Shown here piece after piece: positions 26,706-39,664 of a stretch of DNA of 64,000 bases (position 1 is the first letter of the stretch; each line of letters starts with the position of its first letter). The notes beneath the pieces were generated by a model. The model did not search any database and was not told where the DNA came from. It saw nothing but the letters and a program-made list of their open reading frames with translations. A program made the translations under genes and the position numbers. The DNA comes from Camelus ferus (lineage: Eukaryota), in the NCBI RefSeq assembly GCF_009834535.1, contig NC_045697.1, forward strand, positions 58,902,001 to 58,966,000, in the 5' to 3' direction.

Positions 26706-27182
26706 TGTGGTGGGCAGCCTCAAAATGGACCCCAGTGATTCTTGCCTGCAAGTATCTATACCCACATGTAATCCATTCCCCTTGAGGCTGGACTGAACCT
26801 ACTGACTCACTTCTACCAAACAGGATATTGTAGAAGTGATAGGATGTCACTTCCAAGATTAGATAGTAAAAAGACTGTGGCTTTCGTCTTAGACACTCTC
26901 TATTTCATATGGTTTACTCTGGAGGAACCCAGCTGCCATGTCATGATGCAGCCCAGTAGAGAGACCCACATGAGTAAGCCTGGAAGAGGATTCTCCTACA
27001 CTTAAGCCTACAGATGAGACTGTAGTCCAGGCCAACAGCTTGACTGCAATCTCATGAGAGACACAGAACCAGTGGCATTCAGCTAAGTAACACTCAGATT
27101 CATAACCCACATAACTCGAGATAATGTTTGTTTCAAGATAATAATTTGAGTAATTTCTTTCATGCACCAAGATAATATAACA
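26706..27182 (+). mobile_element. MaLR solo LTR, MLT1F-like, with an apparent internal deletion
   Basis: tgtggtgggcagcctc...ggatgtcacttccaagattag...cagctgccatgt...cagatgagactg...ttgactgcaatctcatgagagac...aaca. Confidence 0.88.
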
Positions 27183-28487
27183 TCTTGTCTGATACTACTG
27201 TAATAGTTTAAGTATCTCTTCACCCCAAAGCATTTTGTATTGTTCTACTCCATTATCCTCCCAACACCATTACATACAGCATGTTTTTCTGTTAATCAAT
27301 AAGTAATGTCATAAACATAGTAACAGATCAAGTATATGCTAAAAATACTGACTCTAGTATCCAAAGCCAACCACAATCTTCCACTTTGTGCTACCTTGGT
27401 TATTGTTTCTCAAATATGGTTTCTTTTTGCTGTTTGTGATCATAACATCTGTGACCTTAGAGTAGGTATCAAAATATTATAAAAATGTCCAAAATTAGCA
27501 AAAATTCTGTCCAAGAACATCTATATTGACCACTTCCACAGTTCTAAGAAATCACTGTTATCTAAATGCTTCCATAAATCAGATAAGAATTACTCTGTCT
27601 TTTTGGTTACCCTGTTATTTTCAGTTGTTACCTAAGGGTTTTAATACAGCATTTTTTAAACTCGGGTATGTCTACTCTGGGAATATGGAAAGACTCTCTA
27701 AAAGGTATGGGAATCTCAGGCAATTTTAAGATAATAAATTTTCAGGTCTTAAAATTCAACATATTCTCTTTTGTTTTTTTAAATGAATCTGCCTCAGAAG
27801 GACTTAGGATCAAGATTTTTCTCCTCAGCCCCTTTCAAAATCATAGTTTTTCTGATGATATGAAAAAAAGAATTTCCTCTCAGCTGCACATCTTACCATG
27901 ATGTACTGTCTAAAAATGTGACAAAGTAACTAGAATTGAAAAGTTGAATTTAAGTTAGCCTTATGTAATCAGTATGCATAGTCAATGTAAAATAAAACAT
28001 CCAGCTGGTAGATAGTATACCCCATTCTTTCAAGGTATTTTTTTTCTTTAAACAGATAAGACAGAGTGAAACTAATTCTTACTGGGGGTACAACCATAAT
28101 AAAAAATATACTGTCTTCTTTTCCTTCCCAGGCACATATAGTTAGGGCCTTTGGAGTTGTGCATGACTTCTCAAACAATTCACACATAACCATATCCTAA
28201 ATTCACTTTCATATTATATATTCTCTTGACATTTGTATTCTGTGCAATATTCTCATGTTGTAAACTATAACTGGCCTTGAAAGTGGGTAACACTTAGAAT
28301 TTAGAAGATTCATATGGCAAAAGCTATTTATCTCTTTTTCTATCCAAATTCAACTTCAAAAGAGTGACCAAGAATATTTTACAAGGAATAAAATGTTATT
28401 AGGATGATGTAAAAATGATTTTTTAATATAAAACAAGTTTTTAAATGTCCAAGAGCACAGCCATCAAATGAAGAGACAGACTTGAAT

Positions 28488-28501
28488 CACACACATACAC
28501 A

Positions 28502-28535
<34 letters not shown>
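28488..28535. repeat. (CA)n microsatellite
   Basis: CA run with two early interruptions. Confidence 0.95.
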
Positions 28536-28537
<2 letters not shown>

Positions 28538-28611
28538 GGTAAAACTGCATCTCTGACCAATGCTTCTAAAGAGAAATCCATGGGGCTGTGAGATCTTATA
28601 AACAGATGTCT

Positions 28612-28880
28612 TTACTTAGTACTAAATACCTACTATATGCTCAGCTTCATTTAAAACATCAAAGCACTTGGAAAAGTTCAATTAATTTAATCCTCATAAT
28701 ACTTAAGTTATACACTATTATTGTCATTACTTTTCCCGATGAGGAAGCTGAGGTACAGAACAATTAAATAATTTTCCAAGAAGACATCACTGTTTACAAA
28801 GCCCCACAGTAGCCAAAAAGGAGTTCAAACCAGGCAGCTCCTCAGGAGCTCAACTCAAAACCACAAGGCACTGTGCTTCC
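28612..28880 (-). mobile_element. MIR SINE
   Basis: tttaatcctcataa...gatgaggaagctgaggtacaga...ttcaaaccaggcag. Confidence 0.75.
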
Positions 28881-31589
28881 CTTCCTTGTAAGATCTGAGG
28901 GCTGAGCAGAAGTCACACAGTATAAAGGTAGCTGAACCTCCCATTAGGAACAGAGAAAAATTGTCCTTGGAGTAAGGACAGGGTTACATGACCGAGCCCA
29001 GCCAAGTAGAGCAAACAGCCCAGAACTCTGAGTCTGGTTCAAGGGACACAAGGAAGTAGGAAGAGTTTAATTATAACTTTTTATATATACTTTAGTAACC
29101 TATTTAATCTTTTGTTTTTACCAGTTACTTGAGAAACGGGAAGCTCTGGAGTACCAAGGGTGGTTGTGATGACAGCCAATGACTGAAGGAGGGAAGTTAG
29201 GTGCCCTTCTTTCCCTGGTTGAGTCTGCAATGTAGGCTCTGCTGAATGGCATTCCCCCTTATGCCAGCCACTGTCACAGAGCCCTGCTTCCTAAGGCCAT
29301 TAAACAAGAAACAATGACCTCTCACAGTTGTTAAGAGGTATCCTGGTCCTACTTCCAGCCTCTATTGCCAGTCTCAGTTTGCTCTCTCTAATATTTCCGA
29401 CATGCAGATTCGCAAGACACTATTATTCTGGACAAAAAAGGGAAAGAATTTTTAACTCAGTTGAGATTAAGATTTTGATAAGGTAAAATCTTGTCTAAAC
29501 CCTAATCATCCTGTATATTACAGAATATTTAGGACACTCGGAAAAAGTCTTTTAGAGAAAAATGGTTCCTTTCAGGGTGACTGGACAAAGGCAGACCTGT
29601 TTTCAAAAAGAGATCCCTCTCTACCGTCTAGCTCTGGGGTCCCAGCTGCACCTCATAATGATTCACCATAGCCACAAAGTCAGGAAAACAATCGCTGGAA
29701 CCGACCTACCTGGTATTTATGTGCCTGGCAGGAAAACACAGACACGGTTTCACAAAGCGACCTATCGCTTAAGTGACGGTGGCAGCTATATGGGTAGGGG
29801 TTTAGGAGAAGGGATGGAAGAAATTATGCCTATGGTAACTGTTTTTCAACAATGGGCTTTTTACTTTGTTTTATTCCCTTTTATGCTTCATTCCTTTGCA
29901 GCACCTGTTGCAATATATGCTGCGATGATTTAGAGAGCTGTTAGCCTGAAGCGATTTTTATAACTATAAAGACTACAGGGGAAAGACTGTTAGAGCCTGG
30001 CTATTTATTGCTTCCCTAGCACACAAGTAAAGGAAAGCAATATGTGTATGAGTATGTCAGAACATAGGTTCACATATGTTAAATTACTTCATCCTAAATT
30101 ATTGTACATTGTACATAGCATAGAGCTATTATATGTGGACTTCTACAAAGCAATATTTCCTGAGGATGGCAACAGACATTCAATGAAACAAAGGCAAATA
30201 ACTTGATATCTTTAAAACTTTTGCATCAATATTCCATGCTGCTATTTTAAAGCTTCCTCAAGGTTTTTTGTTGCCTTGTTTCCACAGCTCTAGCTTCCTC
30301 CTATGAAAGAGGCACTTTGACCAGCTTAAATTAGTCCAAAGTTTAAAATACAGCGTGTGTCTCACACTAGTTTACTGACCAGTGCTGGGTGAAGCACATC
30401 TAAGGTGGCTACTTCTCTGTTCTCCAATGCATCCCTTTCTGCCTAATACACAGAGAGAAACACACGTTCTCACCTCTGGACACCCCTGTTCTTCTCCATG
30501 TCCTTTTCAATCTATGTTACCTGAGATATCATGCCTTAACCAAGGTGTAATCCATTCTTCCTTTGACAGTGGCCAGAGGTGTGACAAACGACATTTAGGT
30601 AACAAGGATATAATTTTCTACAATAATTACAAAATGTTCTTCTGCTGTACATGTCAATTAAGTAACTAAAAATACAGAGAAAAGCAGACAGACATGCAGT
30701 CACAGTCATGAATAGAGAAGAGACTATATAGTTGTAGTCATAAATATTTTCAATGTTCCAAAACATCTTCAATGTTTAAAAAATCAAAAATAGATCTGTG
30801 TGTGTATGTGAGAGAGAGAGAGAATGATAATTAATCAAAGATTGTTTTAATGAAAAAGGCAAATTGTTGAAGGAAAGAAAAATCTGCAAAATTACAAATG
30901 GGATAATGAGGTGTCAAATAATTAGGAGGTGATTTAGCTATATGCACACAAACTGTGACAAGGAAACTAGAGATCTCTTCCACTCCAGAATGTTTCAACT
31001 TTAAATCAGAGTGCATTTTACTGCTACATTTCTTAAAGGAATTGTTCTCCACCTACATCTACCTCAATATACATTTATTTCCCACATGTATGTGTCCACA
31101 CCTGAAATGTAATCAACCTTCTCATTAATGTGTTCATTCATTCATCCATTCAACAACTATTTATAGAGTAGCAAACACTGAAATTCTTTAACTAAATGTA
31201 TGATCTAAAACATCATAAAAATAATTTCAAGAATAGAGTAAGGAAGTCAATGTAACAGGACTATGCTTTAACCAGCTATCAAGCTTTGACACTGATAGTG
31301 AAAGAGACTGGAACAAAAGATACCTAAGACAAAAATGCATGTCTCCATTAACACTTTACTGTTCATATCTCTATTACGGAAATTAAAAATTTATTATTGT
31401 AATTATTCATTTTTATAACTGTTGCTTCTGCTTGACTTCGAAGATCTCTAGACTGTGTCTTCTTATTCATTTCTTCATCCCCAGGATCTAAACCAAAACT
31501 TGGTACAGCAAGTGATTATCACACAGTTGATGAATGTATCAGTTCATACACAAAGTTTTTTAATTAATTACTTTTAAAATGCATGGTTT

Positions 31590-31785
31590 CTATGTTTTAT
31601 GCATTGTGCTAAGTGCCTTAGTGCATTTTCTCATTGGGTCTTCATAATGGTTTTGTAATTAGGTATTGTCATCCATATTTTATTAATGTGGCCACTCGGC
31701 ATCAAATAGAAAAAAGGAGCTGGTCTAAAATCACCAAAGCTGATGTTCAAGCTGGGTTCTGTAAAATTTTAAGTGCACTTTCTTA
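31590..31785 (-). mobile_element. MIR SINE
   Basis: gcattgtgctaagtgcctt...tctcattgggtcttcataa...aggtattgtcatccatatttta. Confidence 0.65.
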
Positions 31786-32666
31786 GTTTTTATACAATAA
31801 ATGTTCCTCAATTATTAGTTTAATTACTGACATTAAGATCCCAGTGTTGAGATCAGTTTACAACAAAAATTTATAAAGAACAATTCTAAAGGACACCCCA
31901 AAGCCTTTTAGTTCAGCTTGAGATTCAGAAGGTATGGGTATCAGAGGAATAGTTACACTGTTCTATAGAGAAATATGGCGACGGTACTACTTGAGGCATT
32001 CACCAACTATATACACCATAAACACAAACAGGTTGCCTGCGTTAGAGAAGGCAGTAAAGAATGTATTTATATGCTCCAAACCTTGATAAGTTTTCTAGGG
32101 AACATAGAACTAATAAATGCTCTATCTAAAATTTAAAGCATTTTAAATTAAGTGGTCAAGAAAGAACACCTTCCATATCAATTATAAGCAATGCATATTC
32201 CTAGTTCTAATATTAAAATGTGTATTATATAATGTAAATTCTTTAGGAATTATAATATTAGTTACATATTATTTTAAATTAATAGAAATGCATTTTAAAT
32301 GCTCTGATTTTAGAACTTTAGTTAAAATGTTTTCCAAAAGTCTAAATTAAATATAAAAGGAACTATAGAGATTTCTGTAGTAAACAGATATTTGAAAATC
32401 ATACATATAAACAAGGCAAACCAAAAGTAAAATTGAAAAAATAAAATTTAAGAAATGGAACAATGAAAACACTCTGGGGCAGATAAAGTGAATCTGACTT
32501 AGCATGTCTCAGCTAACATATTTTTATATTTATATTTCCAGGACAGGCATTAATGACTTTTTATTTAATTTTCACCCTGTTGTGCAATTCATGTGGTTGG
32601 AAAACTATTTGAGTATAATGCACCTTTTGTATTTGCTTATGTGAGACTTGTAGGCAAAAACTAAGC

Positions 32667-32820
32667 CATGGGTCTGCAAACCCATGCAAAACCAGCAGGT
32701 GGCCAGTTTCACTGGAAGACAGCCATGCCCATCCTTTTATGTACTGTCTATGACTCCTTTCATGCTTCAAAGGTAGAGTTGAAGTAATTGTAACAGCTCA
32801 TCTCTGGCACTTTAGTAAAA
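32667..32820 (+). mobile_element. hAT-Charlie MITE relic, MER58A-like
   Basis: gggtctgcaaac...ggaagacagccatgcccat...tgtctatgactcctttcatgct...agagttgaagta. Confidence 0.75.
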
Positions 32821-32821
32821 T

Positions 32822-33108
32822 GGCTGCACTCAACTGAACCCAGATGCAGAGGACACAAAACATACAAACACACATTTAAATGACAGCTGGTGACTTCAGT
32901 TGATCTACCTCTGGTGTTGGAACTTTCCATCCATTTCAGATAATCTTCATATCCACTCCTTCCTCACAATAACTCTCAAACTGACACCCACTTCCATAAC
33001 AAACTTGAAATCTTTTTCATGGTAAAGCATCATACATATTGTATTTATTATATACCTTTTTTCTTTTTAATGTGTCACTGATGAAGTTTTTGAGTGTTGT
33101 GCCCCTAA
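32822..33108. mobile_element. TcMar-Tigger relic, MER82-like
   Basis: tctggtgttggaactttccatccatttcagataa...cccacttcc...aatgtgtcactgatgaagtttttgagtgttgtgcccctaa matches MER82 as I recall it. Confidence 0.75.
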
Positions 33109-33109
33109 A

Positions 33110-33215
33110 TGAGGATTGCCAGATTAAAATTTAAAAATGCAGTATGCTAGGTGAAACGTGAATTTCAAATGAACAGATAATACTTGAGGAGGATCAGTAT
33201 GTCTTGGGTATTGCA
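33110..33215. mobile_element. MER53-like hAT MITE, one arm only
   Basis: ggattgccagatt...aaaaatgcagtatgctaggtgaaacgtgaatttcaaatgaaca...agtatgtc. Confidence 0.6.
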
Positions 33216-34934
33216 AGTCATTATACGTATTCTCCCTGCCCCTTTAACCACATCGAGGGACAAGGGAAGTTAAAAGTAGCTATGTCTGCTCCTTTTGTCA
33301 TTTCCTTTCTACATCCACTTTACTTTTAAACTATTCCACCTTTGGAAGAATATGAGCTCTGTTAACTGAGGCTTACATTTTCTACCCAACACCCTGGGGG
33401 TGGGAAAAGCGAGCTTCTAAGCAGGGGGCCATTGAAACAGCTCTGATGAGGCCCGAATGTGACTAACCCTTAATCTCTTTGGTGCAGGAATTGTGCTATT
33501 TGGCTTTGGCCCTCTATCTTTTGCCAAGAAGCAGGTACTGTACAAGCATTATACTAATTAAACAATGGCTGTTTATCCTGGGTGAGACCTGGCTAGGCTG
33601 ACTGGCCCAAAATAGTCAGCCAAGGTTAAAGCAGAACTCAACAGAACTATCTTTTCTCTTTACTTCTCTAAAATACTCAACTCTATTATTCTTTTCTGTT
33701 AATTGACATTTAAGAAATAGTTTATCTAGGGATAACAACACTATCAAGTCATCATATCTTTTGCTAATTATGTTTTAGTACATACATTTTTCTACTGATT
33801 TAGTGAACTGGACCAAACCAAGCCCAAAGCATCCCGGAGACAACCGCCCAGTCTCCTTTATTTTGAAGCTATTGTCCCACTCTAATGTTTCCTTTTCCCT
33901 TCAGAGGCACCCTTCTCCCAAACTCTCACTCCTTCTTACCTACCTTACTCAGAAAACAATGTGCTAAGAAGCTCCTTTACCTAAAGAGTAAAGGTCCACT
34001 GGGGCTCAAGTTGTTATCCTTCCCAGGAGCATCTGCATTTCAATAAGAGCCAAGAATTGATCTTACTGGAGATTTAATTCATCAACAAAGTAAGAGGTTA
34101 GAGGATCCAGGCGCTTTCTGGCACCCTTGAAATAACAATATATAAACAACAATTGACTATGCCTATTTTAAAATTCAGCTCAAATTAGAACCACTTGACA
34201 AAATCATATTTCTTATCTCCACCTATGCATTCAACGGAGATAACCATGTTTCTAAAAAGGCTATAAAAATGAAAGGTCAAATCTAAATTTTATAACAAGA
34301 TGTTACTTAATTACACACATAAATATTACATTATACCTTATCCAGTTAATAATACATGTCTGGGCATTTATAACGTTTTTGTTCGTTTGATTTTCTTTTT
34401 TAATTAGGAAAAGGCAGCCTCTCTGAACAGATGAATAACAAAAAATAAAGGATGCACTTGTGAGCTGACTCACACCGGTTCCACGGCACTGGAACTAGCT
34501 ATAATCTTGAGGTAAATCATTGATCCAGTCTACTTTTTATTTGTTCCCATACAGTGTTTATATAGATCTACTCAACATAATGTCTACTAAGATCTGTGCT
34601 GGTGACTTAGAAAGATGAAACAATCCGTTCATAATGATTTCTAAAATTATTTGTTTTTTAAGATAAGTACCTAAAAATTTAGCATCAATGAATGAAAACG
34701 GATTTAAAACTTAAGATTCAATGTGTGTCCTTAATGAGACATTTATAAAGATAAGTCATAGATAATAAAATATGAGCTAAATAAAATAAACTGAAATTTA
34801 TTTTTGACTGTGATATAAAGTTCATCGTTTCAGTTTAGTAAGTGCACATTTATTAATAACCTACATATAAGGCTCTATACCTGTTTCCTCCATATCAGTT
34901 TTTAATAAATGGCATAGTATTCTATTTCTAACAT

Positions 34935-35085
34935 AGTACTTGTGTTTATCCTTCCAACTAGAACATACATTCCAAGAGAACATTGATTTTATTTTATTTT
35001 TTACGGCCATATTATAAACCAAGGACCTAAAATAGTATCTAATCAGATATCATTAAACATCTGTTAACTAAATAATAAATGAATG
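34935..35085 (+). mobile_element. L2 3' end
   Basis: caactagaacatacattccaagagaaca...acctaaaatagtatct...aataaatgaatg. Confidence 0.65.
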
Positions 35086-36398
35086 GGAATACAGGGATAG
35101 TTTAAAATGCAATCTCTGCACAAAAATAATTTGACTACACATTTTAAAAACCTGAGTATACATTTTTTATTTCTTTTTACCCTCTGTATTATTTAAAAGA
35201 AAATAATCTACTTTTTAAACCTTGGCATTGTATTTAACATTCAACAGAACTCTTTAAAAAATCACCATCAGTTATGTCATTAAATATTGTTTTTGAACAA
35301 ACACCTTATTGGTGATATTTTTAATGTATCAAATTATTTAAAAGAAAATGTGACAAACAGGAATTAGAAAAATAAGTGGAATGGAAAGTTTGAGATCCTA
35401 GTGTCATGCAAATCATATTACGATTTCACTATTTCAAAAAATAAAATATCTTGAGTCCATTCATGGATAACAGGCTTCCAAAAAGGAAATAAATAAACAC
35501 TTCTTAATTAAAAATGTATTTCCTGTACAATTTTAAAGGAATTTTGGTCACTAACATTAGGTAACCTAAACAATTTGTATTGGAAAATTTCATGAGGTAA
35601 ACTCTTTTTTTTTTTTGGCAAGCAAGCATTATACCGTCTTATTTAAAAGTTGGAATAAGTTAATATTCAAGATCAAATTTTAGGAATTTACCTATTCCTA
35701 TATTTTTCCAAATTTGTTTCTTCTAAGATAAATCACTACTTGAAAACTAACTAGAATATTATTAGATCATGCTCATATATTAAGTAGATTTTCAAAACAT
35801 GTACCTAGTACATATTTAGTACATGAAGAACCATCACTGAAGGTGATATTTCTAGTTTTGAAATTTTATTAATCCTTCTGAATAAATAATTATTAATGAA
35901 GATTTTATTTATTGTTTTTTCAGAAATTTCCTTGGAAAACCAAGCAAAGTAATTTATTTAACTCAGTTTTCAAAATTTGAAATTTTATAGGTGAACTAAA
36001 GATATTTAGCAATTGTTTCATTATATTTTTATGAACTAAAATATTACTATTTTATCTATGGACATATCCAATAATTTATTTTCACATCTCAGAAAACAAA
36101 TATAAGTCAAATAGCAGCAGTCTAACATAGTAATGCAAAGTGCAAAGTATTCTCTTGATTATGACAAAAAGAATACTATCACAGGCAATCTATTTTAAGA
36201 TAGTTAATATCTACAAAGATGTTAACTCATTGACAAAGCATTCTGATAAATTTGTGTCAAAAAAGCATTTCATGATATGTGAAGACTTTCAAAAAGACTG
36301 AATTCTTTATTTACAAGAGACCTTAAAAATCAATGTTTTTTAAATTTATTTTTGGAGATTCAGAACTCCAGGCCAAAAACCTGTGCATGCATGCATGA

Positions 36399-36445
36399 GT
36401 GTGTGTGTGTGCGCGCACGTGCGTGTGTGTGTGTGTGTGTGTATG
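36399..36445. repeat. Compound (GT)n/(GC)n alternating purine-pyrimidine tract
   Basis: gtgtgtgtgtgtgcgcgcacgtgcgtgtgtgtgtgtgtgtgtgtatg. Confidence 0.9.
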
Positions 36446-38096
36446 ATTTTATATAGAAACTCAAGATCTTCAGAAATAAATAAGAAACTCCAACTTTGTC
36501 CAATCTAATCATTTTATAAGTCAACTCACTAAAGTAAGACATGTTAAATGACTTTCATAATATTCACACTTACAGTACCAGACCTTAAAAGCAAATTCAT
36601 GAATCTTAATTGCCAGTTTAGGTTTCATTCTAGAATAATATACTAAATCTGACCAGTCACAAAGAACAAGAAACAAGTCAGAAGGGATTAAAGATGTAAA
36701 TTAAAGCCCCATTATTTGATTAAATTCCCATTATTCAACTGTATGTAATTTGCATTTTAACAGAGGTTTTCAAACTAAACTACTGCAGAACATGACTATT
36801 ACATGATTTAACCTGAGAGCTCTGCTATCACACCTGTACTCACAAAAAGGGGTAATGGACAGAAATTCCTGAATTTTAAATTTCTTTTTACTGTTTTCTT
36901 AGTATATGAGATTGTAAGTGATTTAATAAAAATGATATTTTTTATTACTTTATGTTTAATCATCAATTTCCCAAAATCTTCCACATTAATCACTATTACT
37001 ACTGGGTGCCAACCCATAAATATTTGAGGATTACTACATACAACCTGTGAAATAACTTTCTTAACTAGTAATTAACTGTTTTTACATCTGGAAAAACTAC
37101 TAACTTAAGCAATTATATATTTTCAAACCATGGTTTAATAAAGGGATACAGTTTTTTTAGAAACAATGAAAACAGCCATTGAATCGCATTCTGAGAAATA
37201 CTTAAGGGCAAGGAGAGTACCTCATGATATATTAATTTAAGTAAAAGACACAAACTGTACATGCAGTCTGGTCCATAAAGACTATATCAGAAGAAAAAAA
37301 CATAAGTACATAGTTTTCCAAAAGACTAAAAAAAGCGTATAAATTTATGAATAAATGATATTCATTGGTTGAAAAACATAAAAAGGAATTTAGAAGAAAA
37401 ACTGAGTTATATAACTCCTTACATTTTACCAAATAATAAAATCTGTATGACAAAATTTTAACCAACAAATTAAAAGTCATTTCCCATCTTCTCCTTCTGA
37501 TAACTTCTCAAGCATATTTCGAGACTCACCTCAATACACCACATTTCAAAACTCTAATTTACCTCTTCTAGACTCAAAAGTATCCCTATATAGTTTTATC
37601 TGAGCCATGTATCATTTTGTTTCTTCTTACCTGTTCCCCAAACTCCAGGGACCATGTTTTACTTTACATTTGATCTGCCTATGTTATAAAGCAAAGGCAG
37701 GCAATAGGTACAGAATAAAGGATGTTTAAATAACTAAGTCATTGCATTCCTTTAGCATTTGTTTTGTAATATTTTGTTCAAATATCTATTTTGTTTTATT
37801 AATAAATACATGTGGAACTAATAGACAATTTGGTAGAGATCAAGTGAATAAAACAGATATAACTTCTAGTATCTATGTGAAAATTGTTTTTGTGTGTATG
37901 TGTGTGTATGTAACAAATAACTAAACATACATCTCTATGTTGTTATTGATCAAAGGTGTTTTACATCTAATTCTGAAGTAACAGGTTTACTCAATTTCAA
38001 ATATCTCAGTGATGTAAAAAGAACGTATTTCTTTAAGTAGAATAGGGCTATTATCTGGAAAAATTTCTTTGTAATTCAGAATCAAGTAAACACTAT

Positions 38097-38180
38097 AATG
38101 GAGTGGAACAGAACAGAATACAGTAGAATGGAATGGAATGGAATAGTGTAGAATAGAGAAGAACAGTAGAGTTGGATAGT
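38097..38180. repeat. Degenerate pentamer repeat (GAATG/GAATA/GAACA)n
   Basis: ggaacagaacagaatacagtagaatggaatggaatggaatagtgtagaatagagaagaacag. Confidence 0.8.
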
Positions 38181-38239
38181 TTTAGAACAGTTAATAGTAC
38201 TATTAACATAATAAAGCTATTTTATTATACATATAAATA

Positions 38240-38376
38240 TTTATTTAATTATCTACTTCCCCTATCAAATATAAATCCCAAGTAAACAATGTTTTCTGCC
38301 TGTTTTGTTCACACCTACAATCTCAGGACCTGGCACATGGTTGATGCTCAGTAAATCAGTTGAATAAATAAATGAA
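38240..38376 (+). mobile_element. L2 3' end
   Basis: ctgttttgttcac...acctggcacatggttgatgctcagtaaatcagttgaataaataaatgaa. Confidence 0.75.
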
Positions 38377-39664
38377 TTATTTAGTATATTATGGCTTCAG
38401 CATCTAGCCTTAAGATATAGCTAAGCTCTCATCATATTTTTAATTCTTCTAGTTACAAGTGTCCTCATCTGTAATCCCTGTCATAGAAAAACATTTTCAA
38501 CTTTGAAAATATACCAAAGTTATGATTAATTCTTCTGTTTCATTTTTAATAATACTGCTTTGATGCTTTTCCTACTGCCTTGTCCACTACTCCAGCCTTT
38601 GTGGGATCTTCTTTCTGCCTCAGTAGTCATCATTACTTAAAAAAAAACCTCTTTGAAGTGTTTCAGATCTAAAATATTTCTTTCTCCACCCACCACCACT
38701 ATTTTTGATTGATTACATTTAGGTACACAAAAGGAGAACCAACTAAATTTTAGTTCAAGATTATAAAGTGTTTGTTTTAAGAGTTTTGTTTTGTTTTGCT
38801 TTTACAAATAGGTAAAATATATTACTAGTCATATAATGACATTTCTCATTTTTATAATAACATTGTCACATTTCCAACGTGAAATGCATTCATGCCTTCC
38901 TGAGAATGTAAGCTCTACACAAAAGAAATTCCAAAGATAAATATTCGTCTCACTTACAGAATAAGGGGGGGGGATCATTCCATTCAACCATATATTTGTA
39001 TGATTTAGTTTGTTATAAAAATATTTGTATATAAGTCTACATGGACAAAAGACTAAAGACTATAGGTGTGTATACCTATATACAGGCATGCCTATATATG
39101 AGCACATGCACACAAACTAAAACCTACCACTTGTTCAGCCAAATTCATTCAATGTGTAAAATAATGTTTTCTAAATCTCAGAAGCAGCTCGCCGTTACAA
39201 TGTATGATTTATCCATTAACTATCCACAGTTATACATCAAGCCCTTTACACTCCAGTACAATGTAATAATACATCATACTTATCACCAAAAAAAAATCCT
39301 ATTTGCATCCATTCTCATTGTTCTGTTTTAAAAATAAACCTTTATTTTGAAGCAAATCTAAATGCAAAATATTTGTGTCGTGTTATGATTTATGTAAATA
39401 TTATCTTAAAAGAAAGGTAGGAATGAAAAACAACTCAAGCAAAGAAAAAAAAAATCAATGATGAAAAGCACTTATTTTTCCTAAAGATCCCTTATATTTT
39501 TCTCAGTAAAATTTGTATTCAGAAAGTAGAAGTATAGATTTTCTTAACTTCTTTGCTAAGGCCACTAAATTAAGGTGAACCTTAGTTACAGGAGCTATTT
39601 AATTAAAACCTCATGGCAATTCAGAGCTGCGGGAAGAATTATAATTCAAAGATAAACAATCAAG

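Noticed and set aside
27890..27930. 13-nt pseudo-microexon (catttttag|acagtacatcatg|gtaaga on the minus strand)
   Set aside because: No supporting context such as a UGC motif or CpG retention; indistinguishable from background.
29562..29933. 123-aa ATG-initiated antisense ORF over the CpG patch
   Set aside because: No recognisable domain; higher GC lowers stop frequency, so an ORF of this length is plausible by chance. Codon-level conservation would be needed.
33975..34000. Possible recursive splice site (cctttactctttag|gtaaag on the minus strand)
   Set aside because: Short pyrimidine tract and weak regenerated donor; similar AG|GT hits occur elsewhere by chance.
38097..38180. Resemblance to (GGAAT)n satellite
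   Set aside because: Under 100 bp and degenerate; an ordinary simple repeat.
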